From an uncultured Actinomycetes bacterium (GTDB lineage: Bacteria; Actinomycetota; Thermoleophilia; UBA2241), in assembly GCA_963725665.1 (NCBI GenBank), contig CAVRZA010000006.1:128001-192000 (forward strand): DNA of 64,000 nucleotides, given 5' to 3'. The translations under genes were made by a program, and so were the position numbers. Below, one piece after another: positions 62,164 to 64,000 of the stretch. Each line of letters starts with the position of its first letter. Position 1 is the first letter of the stretch. The notes beneath the pieces are model-generated. The model made no database searches. It was not told the DNA's origin and was given only the letters and a program-made list of their open reading frames with translations.

Positions 62164-63249
62164 TCAGAGACGGGGCAGAAGCTGGATCTTGGTGACGCGA
62201 CCGATCCACTGCGAGCTAGACAGTTTCGGTCCGACCAACTTCAATGGGTAGCTGGAGGTCAGCTCCTTGCCGTCGAGCTTGTTGGCCAGGATGAGGCGCT
62301 CCTTGTTGATGATGAAGCGCGACTTCATGATCACCGAGCGGCCGACGGCGTTGGCGACCTTGATGCGGTAGCCGCGCAGGGCGAGCGCCTCGTTGAAGGC
62401 GCCGTAGCCGCCGTGACCCTTGCCCCCGTCGACCTTGCCGATGCAGAGGAAGAACGGCACGCCGGTCCAGACGCGCCCCTTGGCGTCCTTGTAGCTCGCG
62501 CCGTGGCAGCCTGGCGCGGCACACGACAGGAACGACTCGCGGTCGAGCGTGTAGGTCTGCCGTGTGTGGTTCTTGCGCCACAGGCCGTACATGCGCACCT
62601 TCCAGTCGGGAAGCTGCTGACCGATCTGGATGCTGCCAACCCACTTCACGAGCAGGTGGCCGTCGACAACCTGACCCGACGACGTCTGCGCGACGAAGAT
62701 GCGCAGAGGGCCGTCGCCGCTGGGCGGCCCGGGGATGGGCAGATAGCCAGGGCCCTGCCCGTAACCGACCACCATGGTAAACGGCTGGGTCGGCGTGACT
62801 TGGTCGCCGGTTGCCGGATCGTAAGCCGTCCAGGCGCCGTTCACGGCCTGGTCGTGCGTGTAGGTCATACCGTAGTTGTCGGTGCCCAGGACGGTGACCC
62901 CGTCGGTAGGTCCGATCCCGCCGACGAGCGTGGCCAGGTCGCCGATCGAGACGCCCTTGATGGGGTCGGGCCCGAATATGTTGCCGGCGCTGTTCTTGAA
63001 GCCGGCGAAGCCCTCGTAGGGCGTGAGGGCCTGGAGCTGCGTCATGGTGAGCTGCACCTGCGTGCCGGTCGGACCGGTCACGGTGAGGACCGGAGCCTCG
63101 TCGGCCCGGGCGACGGCGGGGTGGACGGGCGCAGCCGTCCACCCCGCCGCCACGACCACCGCCAGGAACAGGATCAGGGCGAGGATGGGCGCTGCGGCCT
63201 GCGGCCGTAGCGCCCATCGCACCACCCTCCTTGTGCGTTTCTCAGCCAT
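62164..63249 (-). CDS. Secreted protein with two Oxidored_molyb-like domains (paralog)
   Basis: Signal peptide; GV.I..L...VGG, GTDNY, GPLRI, VKWV.SI; WTGVPF...YPLKLVG. Confidence 0.75.
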   Translation of the reverse strand: MAEKRTRRVVRWALRPQAAAPILALILFLAVVVAAGWTAAPVHPAVARADEAPVLTVTGPTGTQVQLTMTQLQALTPYEGFAGFKNSAGNIFGPDPIKGVSIGDLATLVGGIGPTDGVTVLGTDNYGMTYTHDQAVNGAWTAYDPATGDQVTPTQPFTMVVGYGQGPGYLPIPGPPSGDGPLRIFVAQTSSGQVVDGHLLVKWVGSIQIGQQLPDWKVRMYGLWRKNHTRQTYTLDRESFLSCAAPGCHGASYKDAKGRVWTGVPFFLCIGKVDGGKGHGGYGAFNEALALRGYRIKVANAVGRSVIMKSRFIINKERLILANKLDGKELTSSYPLKLVGPKLSSSQWIGRVTKIQLLPRL

Positions 63250-63261
63250 CACGACCACCGC

Positions 63262-63999
63262 CTAGAAGATGAGTTTGATGGTCACGACCTGAGAGGCCGA
63301 GAGCTTGCCGAAGAACGGCTTGATGAACGACCCCACATAGCGGTACGGGCCCTCGTCGGTCGAGAGCATCGCGCCCCCCTTGAGGCAGGCCACTATCCAG
63401 CCCTTCTTGCCGACGATCGTCTTGCTGCTGATCGTCACCTTGTAGCCGTCACGGGCGATGAACTGGATCTTGTAGCCCTTGAGGGCCCGCGCCTTGTTGA
63501 AGGTGCTCGGGAACTTGTCGTCGACCAGGCCGACCAGCTTGTAGAGCGACTGCCCGCGGTAGACCGCCTTCAGCGTCGGGTTGATGTCGCCGGCCTTGGT
63601 GCCGTCCCAGACCACCCCGCTTGGGAACTTGGCGTAGGTGATCGTGCGCTTCAACTTGCCGTTGAGGGTGAGTTTTGTGGTGTAGTCGGGATAGACCGGC
63701 TTGCCGAGCTCGATGCGCAGCACGCCGGCGGGCTTCTGCTTGCCCGTCAGATTGTCGCTGCAGATCTTGGCCGGCCAGGCCGGCTTCCACGAGTAGGTGC
63801 CGTCGCCGTTGTCGGTGATCGAGGGAATCGGTGCGAGCTGCCCGCCGTCAACGCGATCGGCCAGGACGATGTCGTTCTTGTAGGCCACCTGCATCGACGT
63901 GAGCGCGGCGGTGAAACCGTCGCAACCGACGATCGTCACCGGGTAGTCCATGCCGGCGAGGTTGCGGTTGAAGGTGGCCGCGTCGGAGTCATCGGCCAG
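63262..63999 (-). CDS. Oxidored_molyb-like repeat protein, 5' end beyond the window
   Basis: Frame open to the window end (LADDSDAATFNRNLAGMDY). Repeats VGLVDD...TFN..A..GY.I...A.DGY, EGPYR. Confidence 0.75.
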   Translation of the reverse strand: MADDSDAATFNRNLAGMDYPVTIVGCDGFTAALTSMQVAYKNDIVLADRVDGGQLAPIPSITDNGDGTYSWKPAWPAKICSDNLTGKQKPAGVLRIELGKPVYPDYTTKLTLNGKLKRTITYAKFPSGVVWDGTKAGDINPTLKAVYRGQSLYKLVGLVDDKFPSTFNKARALKGYKIQFIARDGYKVTISSKTIVGKKGWIVACLKGGAMLSTDEGPYRYVGSFIKPFFGKLSASQVVTIKLIF

Positions 64000-64000
64000 C

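Overview
High-GC bacterial DNA, most consistent with a deep-branching actinobacterium such as Thermoleophilia. This is an inference from a Firmicute-style glyQ-glyS-ppdK...dnaG-rpoD-tRNA block combined with very high GC and an MprA-like box. The window has three zones. (1) About 1-34.6 kb is an accessory catabolic island: three ACMSD-like amidohydrolases, two NitT/TauT-type ABC importers with three related Tat-lipoprotein binding proteins, a tandem pair of double-Dabb proteins, a cyclic amidohydrolase plus amidase, a cyclase, an M24 enzyme, SDRs, two HIBADH-like dehydrogenases, DUF1185, a short LeuA-like enzyme, an XRE-cupin regulator and two paralogous MFS exporters. It also holds several decayed gene relics (ilvC, cimA-like, MBL-fold, M24) and many single-base frameshifts. 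(2) About 35-55.7 kb is mostly core genes: PDZ-less HtrA, PflX-like radical SAM, pntAA/AB/B, a MazEF-type toxin-antitoxin pair, tRNA-Asn, B12 radical SAM, rpoD, dnaG, ppdK and glyQS. (3) About 55.9-64 kb is a tightly packed minus-strand operon. It joins a WtpABC-type tungstate/molybdate importer to at least three paralogous Moco-domain-like proteins (the two complete ones exported and carrying a CX4CH motif) and a surface-anchored NHL-repeat protein. This operon is the best candidate for an undescribed system. All family assignments come from motif recognition by eye; no searches were run.
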